The notes under the pieces were generated by a model that saw only the letters and a program-made list of their open reading frames with translations, did no database searches and was not told the origin of the DNA. From the NCBI RefSeq assembly GCF_009914755.1, contig NC_060948.1: a stretch of 64,000 nt of DNA; one strand, given 5' to 3'. This document shows, piece by piece, positions 13,601-28,299 of this stretch. Position numbers and translations under genes: made by a program. The first letter of the stretch is position 1. Each line of letters opens with the position of its first letter. Source of the stretch: the human T2T-CHM13v2.0 reference genome, Homo sapiens.

Positions 13601-14204
13601 AGGAATTGACTCCAATGGAATGGAATCGAATGGAATGGAAGTGAATAGAATCGAACTAAATCGAATGGAATGGAATTGATAGGAACGGAATGGAAAGGAA
13701 TGAAATGATTTGGCATGGAATGGAATCGAATGGCATCGAATGGAATGGAATGGAATGCAATGCAATGGAATGTATTAGAATGTAATGAACTTTAATGGAA
13801 TGTACTCGAATGGATTCGACTGGAATGGAATGTTCTGGAAGTGAATGGACTCCAATGGAATGGATTGAAAAGGAATGGAATCGTACGGAATGGAATCTAA
13901 TGGAATGGAATTAAATGGAAATGAATGAAATTGAATAGCACGGAATTGAATTGAATGGAATCGAATGCAATGGAATCTAATGAAACGGAAAGGAAAGGAA
14001 TGGAATGGAATGGAATGGGCTGGAATGGAAAGGAATCGAAACGAATGGAATGGAATCGAACTGAAGAGACTGGAATGGAATGCACTGGAATGGAAGGGAG
14101 TGTAATGGAAGGTTCTCGAAAAAAATGGAATCGAATGGAATGGAATTGAATGGAACGGAATAGAGTCGAATGGAATTGAATGGAATGGAATGGACTAGAG
14201 TGAA
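10686..14204 (+). repeat. DYZ1 unit U4, 3519 bp
   Basis: HaeIII/StuI site lost (ACGCCT, G>C at 13452). Confidence 0.93.
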
Positions 14205-17200
14205 ATGGAATCGAACCACAAGGAATGGACAGGAATAGAATGGTCTCGAATTGAATGGAATCGTATGGAATGGCATCAAACGTAATGGAATGGACAGCCA
14301 CGGAATGGAATGCACCCGAATGCAATGGAGTCGAACCTAATGGACTGGAATAGAATGGACTCGACTGGTACGGACTCCAATGGAATGGAATCGAATGGAA
14401 GGGAATCGAACGGAATGGACTCGAAGGGAAAAGACTGCAATGGAAAGGTCTCGAATGGAATGGAAATTAATGGAATGGAATGGAATCGAATGAAATGGAG
14501 TCAAAAGGAATGGAATCGAATGGCAAGAAATCGAATGTAATGGAATCGCAAGGAATTGATGTGAACGGAACGGAATGGAATGGAATCCAAAGAAATGGAA
14601 TAGAATGGAATGGAATCGAATGGAAAGAACTCGAATGGAAATCACTCGAATAGAATGCAATTTAATAAAATAGGATGAAATGTAATTGAATGGAATGGAA
14701 AGGAATCGAAACGAAAGGAATGGAGACAGATGGAATGGAATGGATCAGAGAGCAATGGTATAGAATGGAATGGAATCATCTGGAATGGAATTGAATGGAA
14801 TGGAATAATATGAAATGGAATGGAATGGAATGGAATGCCCTTGAATTAAATGGACTGGAATGGAATGGACTCGAACAGAGTGGAATGGAATGTGTTGAGA
14901 TAGAATGGAATGGACTCCTTTGGAATGGTCTAGTATGCAATGCAATCGACTGGCAGGGAATCAAAAGGAATGTAATCGAATGGATTGGACTGGAATGTAA
15001 TGGACTCGAATAGATTGGAAACGGAATGCAAAGGAATGGAATGGAATAGTATGGAATGGAATGGAAAGGAATGGAGTGGAATAGACTAGAGTGGAATGGA
15101 ATGGACTCGAAAGCAATGGACTGGAATGGGACTTTCTTGAATGGACTGGAATCAAACGGAATGGAATGCAATGCAATCAAATGGCATGGAATAAAATAGA
15201 ATGAAAGAGAATCAAATGGAATTGAATCGAATGCAATCGAATGGATTGGAAAGGAATAGAATGGAATGGAATGGAATTGACTCAAATGGAATGGACTAGA
15301 ATGGAATGGATTCGAATGGAAGGCAAAGGAATGGAATCTATTGGAATGGACAGCAATGGAATGGAAAGGAAGGGATTGGAATGGACTCGAATGGAATGGA
15401 CTGCAATAGAAAGGATTCGAATGGAATGAAAAAGAATTGAATGGAATAGAACAGAATGGAATCAAATCGAATGAAATGGAATGGAATAGAAAGGAATGGA
15501 ATGAAATGGAATGGAAAGGATTCGAATGGAATGCAATCGAATGGAATGGAATCGAACGGAATGGAATAAAATGGAAGAAAACTGGCAAGAAATGGAATCG
15601 AAATGAATGGAGTGTTATGGAACGGACTCCAAAGGAATTGAATGTAATAGAATGGAGTGGAGTGGACTCGAATATAATGGACTGGAATGGAATGAAATCA
15701 CATGGAATGGGAACGAATGGAATGGAATGGAAAGGAATGGAATCGAATGGAAAGGAATCGAATGGAAGGGAATGAAATTGAATCAACAGGAATGGAAGGG
15801 AATAGAATAGACGGTAATGGAATGGACTCGAATAGAATGGACACGAATGCTCAAATTGAATGGACTCGAATGGAATGGAAACGAAAGGAATGTCATCGAA
15901 TGGAATTGAATCGATTGGTATGAAATCGCATAGAATGGAGTGGAATCAAATGGAATTGAATGGAAAGGAAAGGAAGCGAATGGACTGAAATGAAATGGAA
16001 TGGAATTGAATGGAAAGTAAAGCAATGGAATAGAATGGAACGAAATTTCACGGAATGGAATCAAACTGAATGGAATCAAATCAATGGAATATAATCAAAT
16101 GGAATGGAAAGGAATTGAATGGAGTAGATGGGATTGGATGGGATTGGAATGAAATGTACTGGAAAGGACTCGAATTTCATGAAACGGAATGGAATGAATT
16201 GGAACGGAATGGACTCGAATGGAATGGAATGTCATGGAATGGCATCAAATGGAATGGAATCGAATGCAATGGAATGCTATGGAATGGAATGGAATGCATT
16301 GGAATGGAATGTCCTCTAATGGAATGGATTCGAGTGGAATGGAATCGAATATAATGGAGTCGAATGAAATATAATTGAAAGGAATGGGATCGAATACAAT
16401 GGAATATACTGGAATGTAATGTAATGAACTCGAATGTAATTGACTGGAATGGAATGTACATGAATGGAATGTAATCGAATGGAAAGTAATCCAATGGAAT
16501 AGAATCTAATGCAAGAAAATCGACTCAGATAGAGTAGAATGTAATGGAATGGAGTGCAGTGCAATGGAATGGAATGGAATGGAATGCAATGGAATGGAAT
16601 GGAATGGGATGGAATGGTATGGAATGGATAGTAATGGACTGGAGTGAAATGGACTGGAAAGGAATGGACTCAAATTGAAAGGGCTCGAAAGGAATGGAGT
16701 CAAATGGAATGGTCTGGAATGGAATGAACACGAATGTAATGCAATCCAATAGAATGGAATCGAATGGCATGGAATATAAAGAAATGGAATCGAAGAGAAT
16801 GGAAACAAACGGAATGGAATTGAATGGAATGGAATTGAATGGAATGGGAACGAATGGAGTGAAATTGTATGCAGTAGAAGAGAAAAGAGTGGAATGCAAG
16901 CGAAAGGAAAGGAATGGATTGGAATGGAATGGAATTCATGGGAATGGAAGGGAATGTAGTGTAATGGACAGGCCTGGAATAAAGTGGAATGCTACGGTCT
17001 CGAATGGAATAAAAATGTATGGAATGGAATGCAAAGAAACGGAATCGAATGTCATAGAATGTAATGGAATGCAAAAAAATGGACTCCAAAATCATTGACT
17101 GGAAAGGCTGGGTGTCGAAAGGAATTGACTCCAATGGAATGGAATCGAATGGAATGGAAGTGAATAGAATCGAACTAAATCGAATGGAATGGAATTGATA

Positions 17201-17723
17201 GGAACGGAATGGAAAGGAATGAAATGATTTGGCATGGAATGGAATCGAATGGCATCGAATGGAATGGAACGGAATGCAATGCAATGGAATGTATTAGAAT
17301 GTAATGAACTTTAATGGAATGTACTCGAATGGATTTGACTGGAATGGAATGTTCTGGAAGTGAATGGACTCCAATGGAATGGATTCAAAAGGAATGGAAT
17401 CGTACGGAATGGAATCTAATGGAATGGAATTAAATGGAAATGAATCAAATTGAATAGCACGGAATTGAATTGAATGGAATCGAATGCAATGGAATCTAAT
17501 GAAACGGAAAGGAAAGGAATGGAATGGAATGGAATGGGCTGGAATGGAAAGGAATCGAAACGAATGGAATGGAATCGAACTGAAGAGACTGGAATGGAAT
17601 GCACTGGAATGGAAGGGAGTGTAATGGAAGGTTCTCGAAATAAATGGAATCGAATGGAATGGAATTGAATGGAACGGAATAGTGTCGAATGGAATTGAAT
17701 GGAATGGAATGGACTAGAGTGAA
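14205..17723 (+). repeat. DYZ1 unit U5, 3519 bp
   Basis: Anchor spacing. One HSE is disrupted by A>G at 15130. Confidence 0.93.
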
Positions 17724-20700
17724 ATGGAATCGAACCACAAGGAATGGACAGGAATAGAATGGTCTCGAATTGAATGGAATCTTATGGAATGGCATCAAAC
17801 GGAATGGAATGGACAGCCACGGAATGGAATGCACTCGAATGCAATGGAGTCGAACCTAATGGACTGGAATAGAATGGACTCGACTGGTACGGACTCCAAT
17901 GGAATGGAATCGAATGGAAGGGAATCGAACGGAATGGACTCGAAGGGAAAAGACTGCAATGGAAAGGTCTCGAATGGAATGGAAATTAATGGAATGGAAT
18001 GGAATCGAATGAAATGGAGTCAAAAGGAATGGAATCGAATGGCAAGAAATCGAATGTAATGGAATCGCAAGGAATTGATGTGAACGGAACGGAATGGAAT
18101 GGAATCCAAAGAAATGGAATAGAATGGAATGGAATCGAATGGAAAGAACTCGAATGGAAATCACTCGAATAGAATGCAATTTAATAAAATAGGATGAAAT
18201 GTAATTGAATGGAATGGAAAGGAATCGAAACGAAAGGAATGGAGACAGATGGAATGGAATGGAACAGAGAGCAATGGTATAGAATGGAATGGAATCATCT
18301 GGAATGGAATTGAATGGAATGGAATAATATGAAATGGAATGGAATGGAATGGAATGCCCTTGAATTAAATGGACTGGAATGGAATGGACTCGAACAGAGT
18401 GGAATGGAATGTGTTGAGATAGAATGGAATGGACTCCTTTGGAATGGTGTAGTATGCAATGCAATCGACTGGCAGGGAATCAAAAGGAATGTAATCGAAT
18501 GGATTGGACTGGAATGTAATGGACTCGAATAGATTGGAAACGGAATGCAAAGGAATGGAATGGAATAGTATGGAATGGAATGGAAAGGAATGGAGTGGAA
18601 TAGACTAGAGTGGAATGGAATGGACTCGAAAGCAATGGACTGGAATGGAACTTTCTTGAATGGACTGGAATCAAACGGAATGGAATGCAATGCAATCAAA
18701 TGGCATGGAATAAAATAGAATGAAAGAGAATCAAATGGAATTGAATCGAATGCAATCGAATGGATTGGAAAGGAATAGAATGGAATGGAATGGAATTGAC
18801 TCAAATGGAATGGACTAGAATGGAATGGATTCGAATGGAAGGCAAAGGAATGGAATCTATTGGAATGGACAGCAATGGAATGGAAAGGAAGGGATTGGAA
18901 TGGACTCGAATGGAATGGACTGCAATAGAAAGGATTCGAATGGAATGAAAAAGAATTGAATGGAATAGAACAGAATGGAATCAAATCGAATGAAATGGAA
19001 TGGAATAGAAAGGAATGGAATGAAATGGAATGGAAAGGATTCGAATGGAATGCAATCGAATGGAATGGAATCGAACGGAATGGAATAAAATGGAAGAAAA
19101 CTGGCAAGAAATGGAATCGAAATGAATGGAGTGTTATGGAACGGACTCCAAAGGAATTGAATGTAATAGAATGGAGTGGAGTGGACTCGAATATAATGGA
19201 CTGGAATGGAATGAAATCACATGGAATGGGAACGAATGGAATGGAATGGAAAGGAATGGAATCGAATGGAAAGGAATCGAATGGAAGGGAATGAAATTGA
19301 ATCAACAGGAATGGAAGGGAATAGAATAGACGGTAATGGAATGGACTCGAATAGAATGGACACGAATGCTCAAATTGAATGGACTCGAATGGAATGGAAA
19401 CGAAAGGAATGTCATCGAATGGAATTGAATCGATTGGAATGAAATCGCATAGAATGGAGTGGAATCAAATGGAATTGAATCGAAAGGAAAGGAAGCGAAT
19501 GGACTGAAATGAAATGGAATGGAATTGAATGGAAAGTAAAGCAATGGAATAGAATGGAACGAAATTTCACGGAATGGAATCAAACTGAATGGAATCAAAT
19601 CAATGGAATATAATCAAATGGAATGGAAAGGAATTGAATGGAGTAGATGGGATTGGATGGGATTGGAATGAAATGTACTGGAAAGGACTCGAATTTCATG
19701 AAACGGAATGGAATGAATTGGAACGGAATGGACTCGAATGGAATGGAATGTCATGGAATGGCATCAAATGGAAGGGCATCAAATGGAATGGAATCGAATG
19801 CAATGGAATGCTATGGAATGGAATGGAATGCATTGGAATGGAATGTCCTCTAATGGAATGGATTCGAGTGGAATGGAATCGAATATAATGGAGTCGAATG
19901 AAATGGAATTGAAAGGAATGGGATCGAATACAATGGAATATACTGGAATGTAATGTAATGAACTCGAATGTAATTGACTGGAATGGAATGTACATGAATG
20001 GAATGTAATCGAATGGAAAGTAATCCAATGGAATAGAATCTAATGCAATAAAATCGACTCAGATAGAGTAGAATGTAATGGAATGGAGTGCAGTGCAATG
20101 GAATGGAATGGAATGCAATGGAATGGAATGGAATGGGATGGAATGGTATGGAATGGATAGTAATGGACTGGAGTGAAATGGACTGGAAAGGAATGGACTC
20201 AAATTAAAAGGGCTCGAAAGGAATGGAGTCAAATGGAATGGTCTGGAATGGAATGAACACGAATGTAATGCAATCCAATAGAATGGAATCGAATGGCATG
20301 GAATATAAAGAAATGCAATCGAAGAGAATGGAAACAAACGGAATGGAATTGAATGGAATGGAATTGAATGGAATGGGAACGAATGGAGTGAAATTGTATG
20401 CAGTAGAAGAGAATAGAATGGAATGCAAGCGAAAGGAAAGGAATGGATTGGAATGGAATGGAATTCATTGGAATGGAAGGGAATGTAGTGTAATGGACAG
20501 GCCTGGAATAAAGTGGAATGCTACGGTCTCGAATGGAATAAAAATGTATGGAATGGAATGCAAAGAAACGGAATCGAATGTCATAGAATGTAATGGAATG
20601 CAAAAAAATGGACTCCAAAATCATTGACTGGAAAGGCTGGGTGTCGAAAGGAATTGACTCCAATGGAATGGAATCGAATGGAATGGAAGTGAATAGAATC

Positions 20701-21252
20701 GAACTAAATCGAATGGAATGGAATTGATAGGAACGGAATGGAAAGGAATGAAATGATTTAGCATGGAATGGAATCGAATGGCATCGAATGGAATGGAATG
20801 GAATGCAATGCAATGGAATGTATTAGAATGTAATGAACTTTAATGGAATGTACTCGAATGAATTCGACTGGAATGGAATGTTCTGGAAGTGAATGGACTC
20901 CAACGGAATGGATTGAAAAGGAATGGAATCGTACGGAATGGAATCTAATGGAATGGAATTAAATGGAAATGAATCAAATTGAATAGCACGGAATTGAATT
21001 GAATGGAATCGAATGCAATGGAATCTAATGAAACGGAAAGGAAAGGAATGGAATGGAATGGAATGGGCTGGAATGGAAAGGAATCGAAACGAATGGAATG
21101 GAATCGAACTGAAGAGACTGGAATGGAATGCACTGGAATGGAAGGGAGTGTAATGGAAGGTTCTCGAAAAAAATGGAATCGAATGGAATGGAATTGAATG
21201 GAACGGAATAGAGTCGAATGGAATTGAATGGAATGGAATGGACTAGAGTGAA
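17724..21252 (+). repeat. DYZ1 unit U6, 3529 bp
   Basis: +15 bp duplication at about 19760-19789, -5 bp at about 20110, extra EcoRI site at 20860. Confidence 0.93.
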
Positions 21253-24200
21253 ATGGAATCGAACCACAAGGAATGGACAGGAATAGAATGGTCTCGAATT
21301 GAATGGAATCGTATGGAATGGCATCAAACGGAATGGAATGGACAGCCACGGAATGGAATGCACTCGAATGCAATGGAGTCGAAACTAATGGACTGGAATA
21401 GAATGGACTCGACTGGTACGGACTCCAATGGAATGGAATCGAATGGAAGGGAATCGAACGGAATGGACTCGAAGGGAAAAGACTGCAATGGAAAGGTCTC
21501 GAATGGAATGGAAATTAATGGAATGGAATGGAATCGAATGAAATGGAGTCAAAAGGAATGGAATCGAATGGCAAGAAATCGAATGTAATGGAATCGCAAG
21601 GAATTCATGTGAACGGAACGGAATGGAATGGAATCCAAAGAAATGGAATAGAATGGAATGGAATCGAATGGAAAGAACTCGAATGGAAATCACTCGAATA
21701 GAATGCAATTTAATAAAATAGGATGAAATGTAATTGAATGGAATGGAAAGGAATCGAAACGAAAGGAATGGAGACAGATGGAATGGAATGGAACAGAGAG
21801 CAATGGTATAGAATGGAATGGAATCATCTGGAATGGAATTGAATGGAATGGAATAATATGAAATGGAATGGAATGGAATGGAATGCCCTTGAATTAAATG
21901 GACTGGAATGGAATGGACTCGAACAGAGTGGAATGGAATGTGTTGAGATAGAATGGAATGGACTCCTTTGGAATGGTCTAGTATGCAATGCAATCGACTG
22001 GCAGGGAATCAAAAGGAATGTAATCGAATGGATTGGACTGGAATGCAATGGACTCGAATAGATTGGAAACGGAATGCAAGGGAATGGAATGGAATAGTAT
22101 GGAATGGAATGGAAAGGAATGGAGTGGAATAGACTAGAGTGGAATGGAATGGACTCGAAAGCAATGGACTGGAATGGAACTTTCTTGAATGGACTGGAAT
22201 CAAACGGAATGGAATGCAATGCAATCAAATGGCATGGAATAAAATAGAATGAAAGAGAATCAAATGGAATTGAATCGAATGCAATCGAATGGATTGGAAA
22301 GGAATAGAATGGAATGGAATGGAATTGACTCAAATGGAATGGACTAGAATGGAATGGATTCGAATGGAAGGCAAAGGAATGGAATCTATTGGAATGGACA
22401 GCAATGGAATGGAAAGGAAGGGATTGGAATGGACTCGAATGGAATGGACTGCAATAGAAAGGATTCGAATGGAATGAAAAAGAATTGAATGGAATAGAAC
22501 AGAATGGAATCAAATCGAATGAAATGGAATGGAATAGAAAGGAATGGAATGAAATGGAATGGAAAGGATTCGAATGGAATGCAATCGAATGGAATGGAAT
22601 CGAACGGAATGGAATAAAATGGAAGAAAACTGGCAAGAAATGGAATCGAAATGAATGGAGTGTTATGGAACGGACTCCAAAGGAATTGAATGTAATAGAA
22701 TGGAGTGGAGTGGACTCGAATATAATGGACTGGAATGGAATGAAATCACATGGAATGGGAACGAATGGAATGGAATGGAAAGGAATGGAATCGAATGGAA
22801 AGGAATCGAATGGAAGGGAATGAAATTGAATCAACAGGAATGGAAGGGAATAGAATAGACGGTAATGGAATGGACTCGAATAGAATGGACACGAATGCTC
22901 AAATTGAATGGACTCGAATGGAATGGAAACGAAAGGAATGTCATCGAATGGAATTGAATCGATTGGAATGAAATCGCATAGAATGGAGTGGAATCAAATG
23001 GAATTGAATCGAAAGGAAAGGAAGCGAATGGACTGAAATGAAATGGAATGGAATTGAATGGAAAGTAAAGCAATGGAATAGAATGGAACGAAATTTCACG
23101 GAATGGAATCAAACTGAATGGAATCAAATCAATGGAATATAATCAAATGGAATGGAAAGGAATTGAATGGAGTAGATGGGATTGGATGGGATTGGAATGA
23201 AATGTACTGGAAAGGACTCGAATTTCATGAAACGGAATGGAATGAATTGGAACGGAATGGACTCGAATGGAATGGAATGTCATGGAATGGCATCAAATGG
23301 AATGGAATCGAATGCAATGGAATGCTATGGAATGGAATGGAATGCATTGGAATGGAATGTCCTCTAATGGAATGGATTCGAGTGGAATGGAATCGAATAT
23401 AATGGAGTCGAATGAAATGGAATTGAAAGGAATGGGATCGAATACAATGGAATATACTGGAATGTAATGTAATGAACTCGAATGTAATTGACTGGAATGG
23501 AATGTACATGAATGGAATGTAATCGAATGGAAAGTAATCCAATGGAATAGAATCTAATGCAATAAAATCGACTCAGATAGAGTAGAATGTAATGGAATGG
23601 AGTGCAGTGCAATGGAATGGAATGGAATGGAATGCAATGGAATGGAATGGAATGGGATGGAATGGTATGGAATGGATAGTAATGGACTGGAGTGAAATGG
23701 ACTGGAAAGGAATGGACTCAAATTGAAAGGGCTCGAAAGGAATGGAGTCAAATGGAATGGTCTGGAATGGAATGAACACGAATGTAATGCAATCCAATAG
23801 AATGGAATCGAATGGCATGGAATATAAAGAAATGGAATCGAAGAGAATGGAAACAAACGGAATGGAATTGAATGGAATGGAATTGAATGGAATGGGAACG
23901 AATGGAGTGAAATTGTATGCAGTAGAAGAGAAAAGAGTGGAATGCAAGCGAAAGGAAAGGAATGGATTGGAATGGAATGGAATTCATGGGAATGGAAGGG
24001 AATGTAGTGTAATGGACAGGCCTGGAATAAAGTGGAATGCTACGGTCTCGAATGGAATAAAAATGTATGGAATGGAATGCAAAGAAACGGAATCGAATGT
24101 CATAGAATGTAATGGAATGCAAAAAAATGGACTCCAAAATCATTGACTGGAAAGGCTGGGTGTCGAAAGGAATTGACTCCAATGGAATGGAATCGAATGG

Positions 24201-24771
24201 AATGGAAGTGAATAGAATCGAACTAAATCGAATGGAATGGAATTGATAGGAACGGAATGGAAAGGAATGAAATGATTTGGCTTGGAATGGAATCGAATGG
24301 CATCGAATGGAATGGAACGGAATGCAATGCAATGGAATGTATTAGAATGTAATGAACTTTAATGGAATGTACTCGAATGGATTCGACTGGAATGGAATGT
24401 TCTGGAAGTGAATGGACTCCAATGGAATGGATTCAAAAGGAATGGAATCGTACGGAATGGAATCTAATGGAATGGAATTAAATGGAAATGAATCAAATTG
24501 AATAGCACGGAATTGAATTGAATGGAATCGAATGCAATGGAATCTAATGAAACGGAAAGGAAAGGAATGGAATGGAATGGAATGGGCTGGAATGGAAAGG
24601 AATCGAAACGAATGGAATGGAATCGAACTGAAGAGACTGGAATGGAATGCACTGGAATGGAAGGGAGTGTAATGGAAGGTTCTCGAAATAAATGGAATCG
24701 AATGGAATGGAATTGAATGGAACGGAATAGTGTCGAATGGAATTGAATGGAATGGAATGGACTAGAGTGAA
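21253..24771 (+). repeat. DYZ1 unit U7, 3519 bp
   Basis: Lacks the 15-bp duplication. Private EcoRI site at 21601. Confidence 0.93.
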
Positions 24772-27700
24772 ATGGAATCGAACCACAAGGAATGGACAGG
24801 AATAGAATGGTCTCGAATTGAATGGAATCGTATGGAATGGCATCAAACGGAATGGAATGGACAGCCACGGAATGGAATGCACTCGAATGCAATGGAGTCG
24901 AACCTAATGGACTGGAATAGAATGGACTCGACTGGTACGGACTCCAATGGAATGGAATCGAATGGAAGGGAATCGAACGGAATGGACTCGAAGGGAAAAG
25001 ACTGCAATGGAAAGGTCTCGAATGGAATGGAAATTAATGGAATGGAATGGAATCGAATGAAATGGAGTCAAAAGGAATGGAATCGAATGGCAAGAAATCG
25101 AATGTAATGGAATCGCAAGGAATTGATGTGAACGGAACGGAATGGAATGGAATCCAAAGAAATGGAATAGAATGGAATGGAATCGAATGGAAAGAACTCG
25201 AATGGAAATCACTCGAATAGAATGCAATTTAATAAAATAGGATGAAATGTAATTGAATGGAATGGAAAGGAATCGAAACGAAAGGAATGGAGACAGATGG
25301 AATGGAATGGAACAGAGAGCAATGGTATAGAATGGAATGGAATCATCTGGAATGGAATTGAATGGAATGGAATAATATGAAATGGAATGGAATGGAATGG
25401 AATGCCCTTGAATTAAATGGACTGGAATGGAATGGACTCGAACAGAGTGGAATGGAATGTGTTGAGATAGAATGGAATGGACTCCTTTGGAATGGTGTAG
25501 TATGCAATGCAATCGACTGGCAGGGAATCAAAAGGAATGTAATCGAATGGATTGGACTGGAATGTAATGGACTCGAATAGATTGGAAACGGAATGCAAAG
25601 GAATGGAATGGAATAGTATGGAATGGAATGGAAAGGAATGGAGTGGAATAGACTAGAGTGGAATGGAATGGACTCGAAAGCAATGGACTGGAATGGAACT
25701 TTCTTGAATGGACTGGAATCAAACGGAATGGAATGCAATGCAATCAAATGGCATGGAATAAAATAGAATGAAAGAGAATCAAATGGAATTGAATCGAATG
25801 CAATCGAATGGATTGGAAAGGAATAGAATGGAATGGAATGGAATTGACTCAAATGGAATGGACTAGAATGGAATGGATTCGAATGGAAGGCAAAGGAATG
25901 GAATCTATTGGAATGGACAGCAATGGAATGGAAAGGAAGGGATTGGAATGGACTCGAATGGAATGGACTGCAATAGAAAGGATTCGAATGGAATGAAAAA
26001 GAATTGAATGGAATAGAACAGAATGGAATCAAATCGAATGAAATGGAATGGAATAGAAAGGAATGGAATGAAATGGAATGGAAAGGATTCGAATGGAATG
26101 CAATCGAATGGAATGGAATCGAACGGAATGGAATAAAATGGAAGAAAACTGGCAAGAAATGGAATCGAAATGAATGGAGTGTTATGGAACGGACTCCAAA
26201 GGAATTGAATGTAATAGAATGGAGTGGAGTGGACTCGAATATAATGGACTGGAATGGAATGAAATCACATGGAATGGGAACGAATGGAATGGAATGGAAA
26301 GGAATGGAATCGAATGGAAAGGAATCGAATGGAAGGGAATGAAATTGAATCAACAGGAATGGAAGGGAATAGAATAGACGGTAATGGAATGGACTCGAAT
26401 AGAATGGACACGAATGCTCAAATTGAATGGACTCGAATGGAATGGAAACGAAAGGAATGTCATCGAATGGAATTGAATCGATTGGAATGAAATCGCATAG
26501 AATGGAGTGGAATCAAATGGAATTGAATCGAAAGGAAAGGAAGCGAATGGACTGAAATGAAATGGAATGGAATTGAATGGAAAGTAAAGCAATGGAATAG
26601 AATGGAACGAAATTTCACGGAATGGAATCAAACTGAATGGAATCAAATCAATGGAATATAATCAAATGGAATGGAAAGGAATTGAATGGAGTAGATGGGA
26701 TTGGATGGGATTGGAATGAAATGTACTGGAAAGGACTCGAATTTCATGAAACGGAATGGAATGAATTGGAACGGAATGGACTCGAATGGAATGGAATGTC
26801 ATGGAATGGCATCAAATGGAAGGGCATCAAATGGAATGGAATCGAATGCAATGGAATGCTATGGAATGGAATGGAATGCATTGGAATGGAATGTCCTCTA
26901 ATGGAATGGATTCGAGTGGAATGGAATCGAATATAATGGAGTCGAATGAAATGGAATTGAAAGGAATGGGATCGAATACAATGGAATATACTGGAATGTA
27001 ATGTAATGAACTCGAATGTAATTGACTGGAATGGAATGTACATGAATGGAATGTAATCGAATGGAAAGTAATCCAATGGAATAGAATCTATGCAATAAAA
27101 TCGACTCAGATAGAGTAGAATGTAATGGAATGGAGTGCAGTGCAATGGAATGGAATGGAATGCAATGGAATGGAATGGAATGGGATGGAATGGTATGGAA
27201 TGGATAGTAATGGACTGGAGTGAAATGGACTGGAAAGGAATGGACTCAAATTAAAAGGGCTCGAAAGGAATGGAGTCAAATGGAATGGTCTGGAATGGAA
27301 TGAACACGAATGTAATGCAATCCAATAGAATGGAATCGAATGGCATGGAATATAAAGAAATGGAATCGAAGAGAATGGAAACAAACGGAATGGAATTGAA
27401 TGGAATGGAATTGAATGGAATGGGAACGAATGGAGTGAAATTGTATGCAGTAGAAGAGAATAGAATGGAATGCAAGCGAAAGGAAAGGAATGGATTGGAA
27501 TGGAATGGAATTCATTGGAATGGAAGGGAATGTAGTGTAATGGACAGGCCTGGAATAAAGTGGAATGCTACGGTCTCGAATGGAATAAAAATGTATGGAA
27601 TGGAATGCAAAGAAACGGAATCGAATGTCATAGAATGTAATGGAATGCAAAAAAATGGACTCCAAAATCATTGACTGGAAAGGCTGGGTGTCGAAAGGAA

Positions 27701-28299
27701 TTGACTCCAATGGAATGGAATCGAATGGAATGGAAGTGAATAGAATCGAACTAAATCGAATGGAATGGAATTGATAGGAACGGAATGGAAAGGAATGAAA
27801 TGATTTAGCATGGAATGGAATCGAATGGCATCGAATGGAATGGAATGGAATGCAATGCAATGGAATGTATTAGAATGTAATGAACTTTAATGGAATGTAC
27901 TCGAATGAATTCGACTGGAATGGAATGTTCTGGAAGTGAATGGACTCCAACGGAATGGATTGAAAAGGAATGGAATCGTACGGAATGGAATCTAATGGAA
28001 TGGAATTAAATGGAAATGAATCAAATTGAATAGCACGGAATTGAATTGAATGGAATCGAATGCAATGGAATCTAATGAAACGGAAAGGAAAGGAATGGAA
28101 TGGAATGGAATGGGCTGGAATGGAAAGGAATCGAAACGAATGGAATGGAATCGAACTGAAGAGACTGGAATGGAATGCACTGGAATGGAAGGGAGTGTAA
28201 TGGAAGGTTCTCGAAAAAAATGGAATCGAATGGAATGGAATTGAATGGAACGGAATAGAGTCGAATGGAATTGAATGGAATGGAATGGACTAGAGTGAA
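24772..28299 (+). repeat. DYZ1 unit U8, 3528 bp
   Basis: Near copy of U6 (+15, -5) with a further 1-bp deletion near 27090. Extra EcoRI site at 27907. Confidence 0.93.

Noticed and set aside
19760-19789. 15-bp indels that preserve reading frames, suggesting coding constraint
   Set aside because: 15 is simply three pentamers. Frame-breaking 5, 20, 70 and 1-bp indels are also present.
60-21252. Possible older three-unit period (U1/U4 share G>T at 2712/13338 and AAACTAAT; U3/U6 share ATTTAGC)
   Set aside because: Too few exclusive markers, and several conflict (U3/U4 and U2/U4/U5 share others). Cannot be separated from mosaic conversion by eye.
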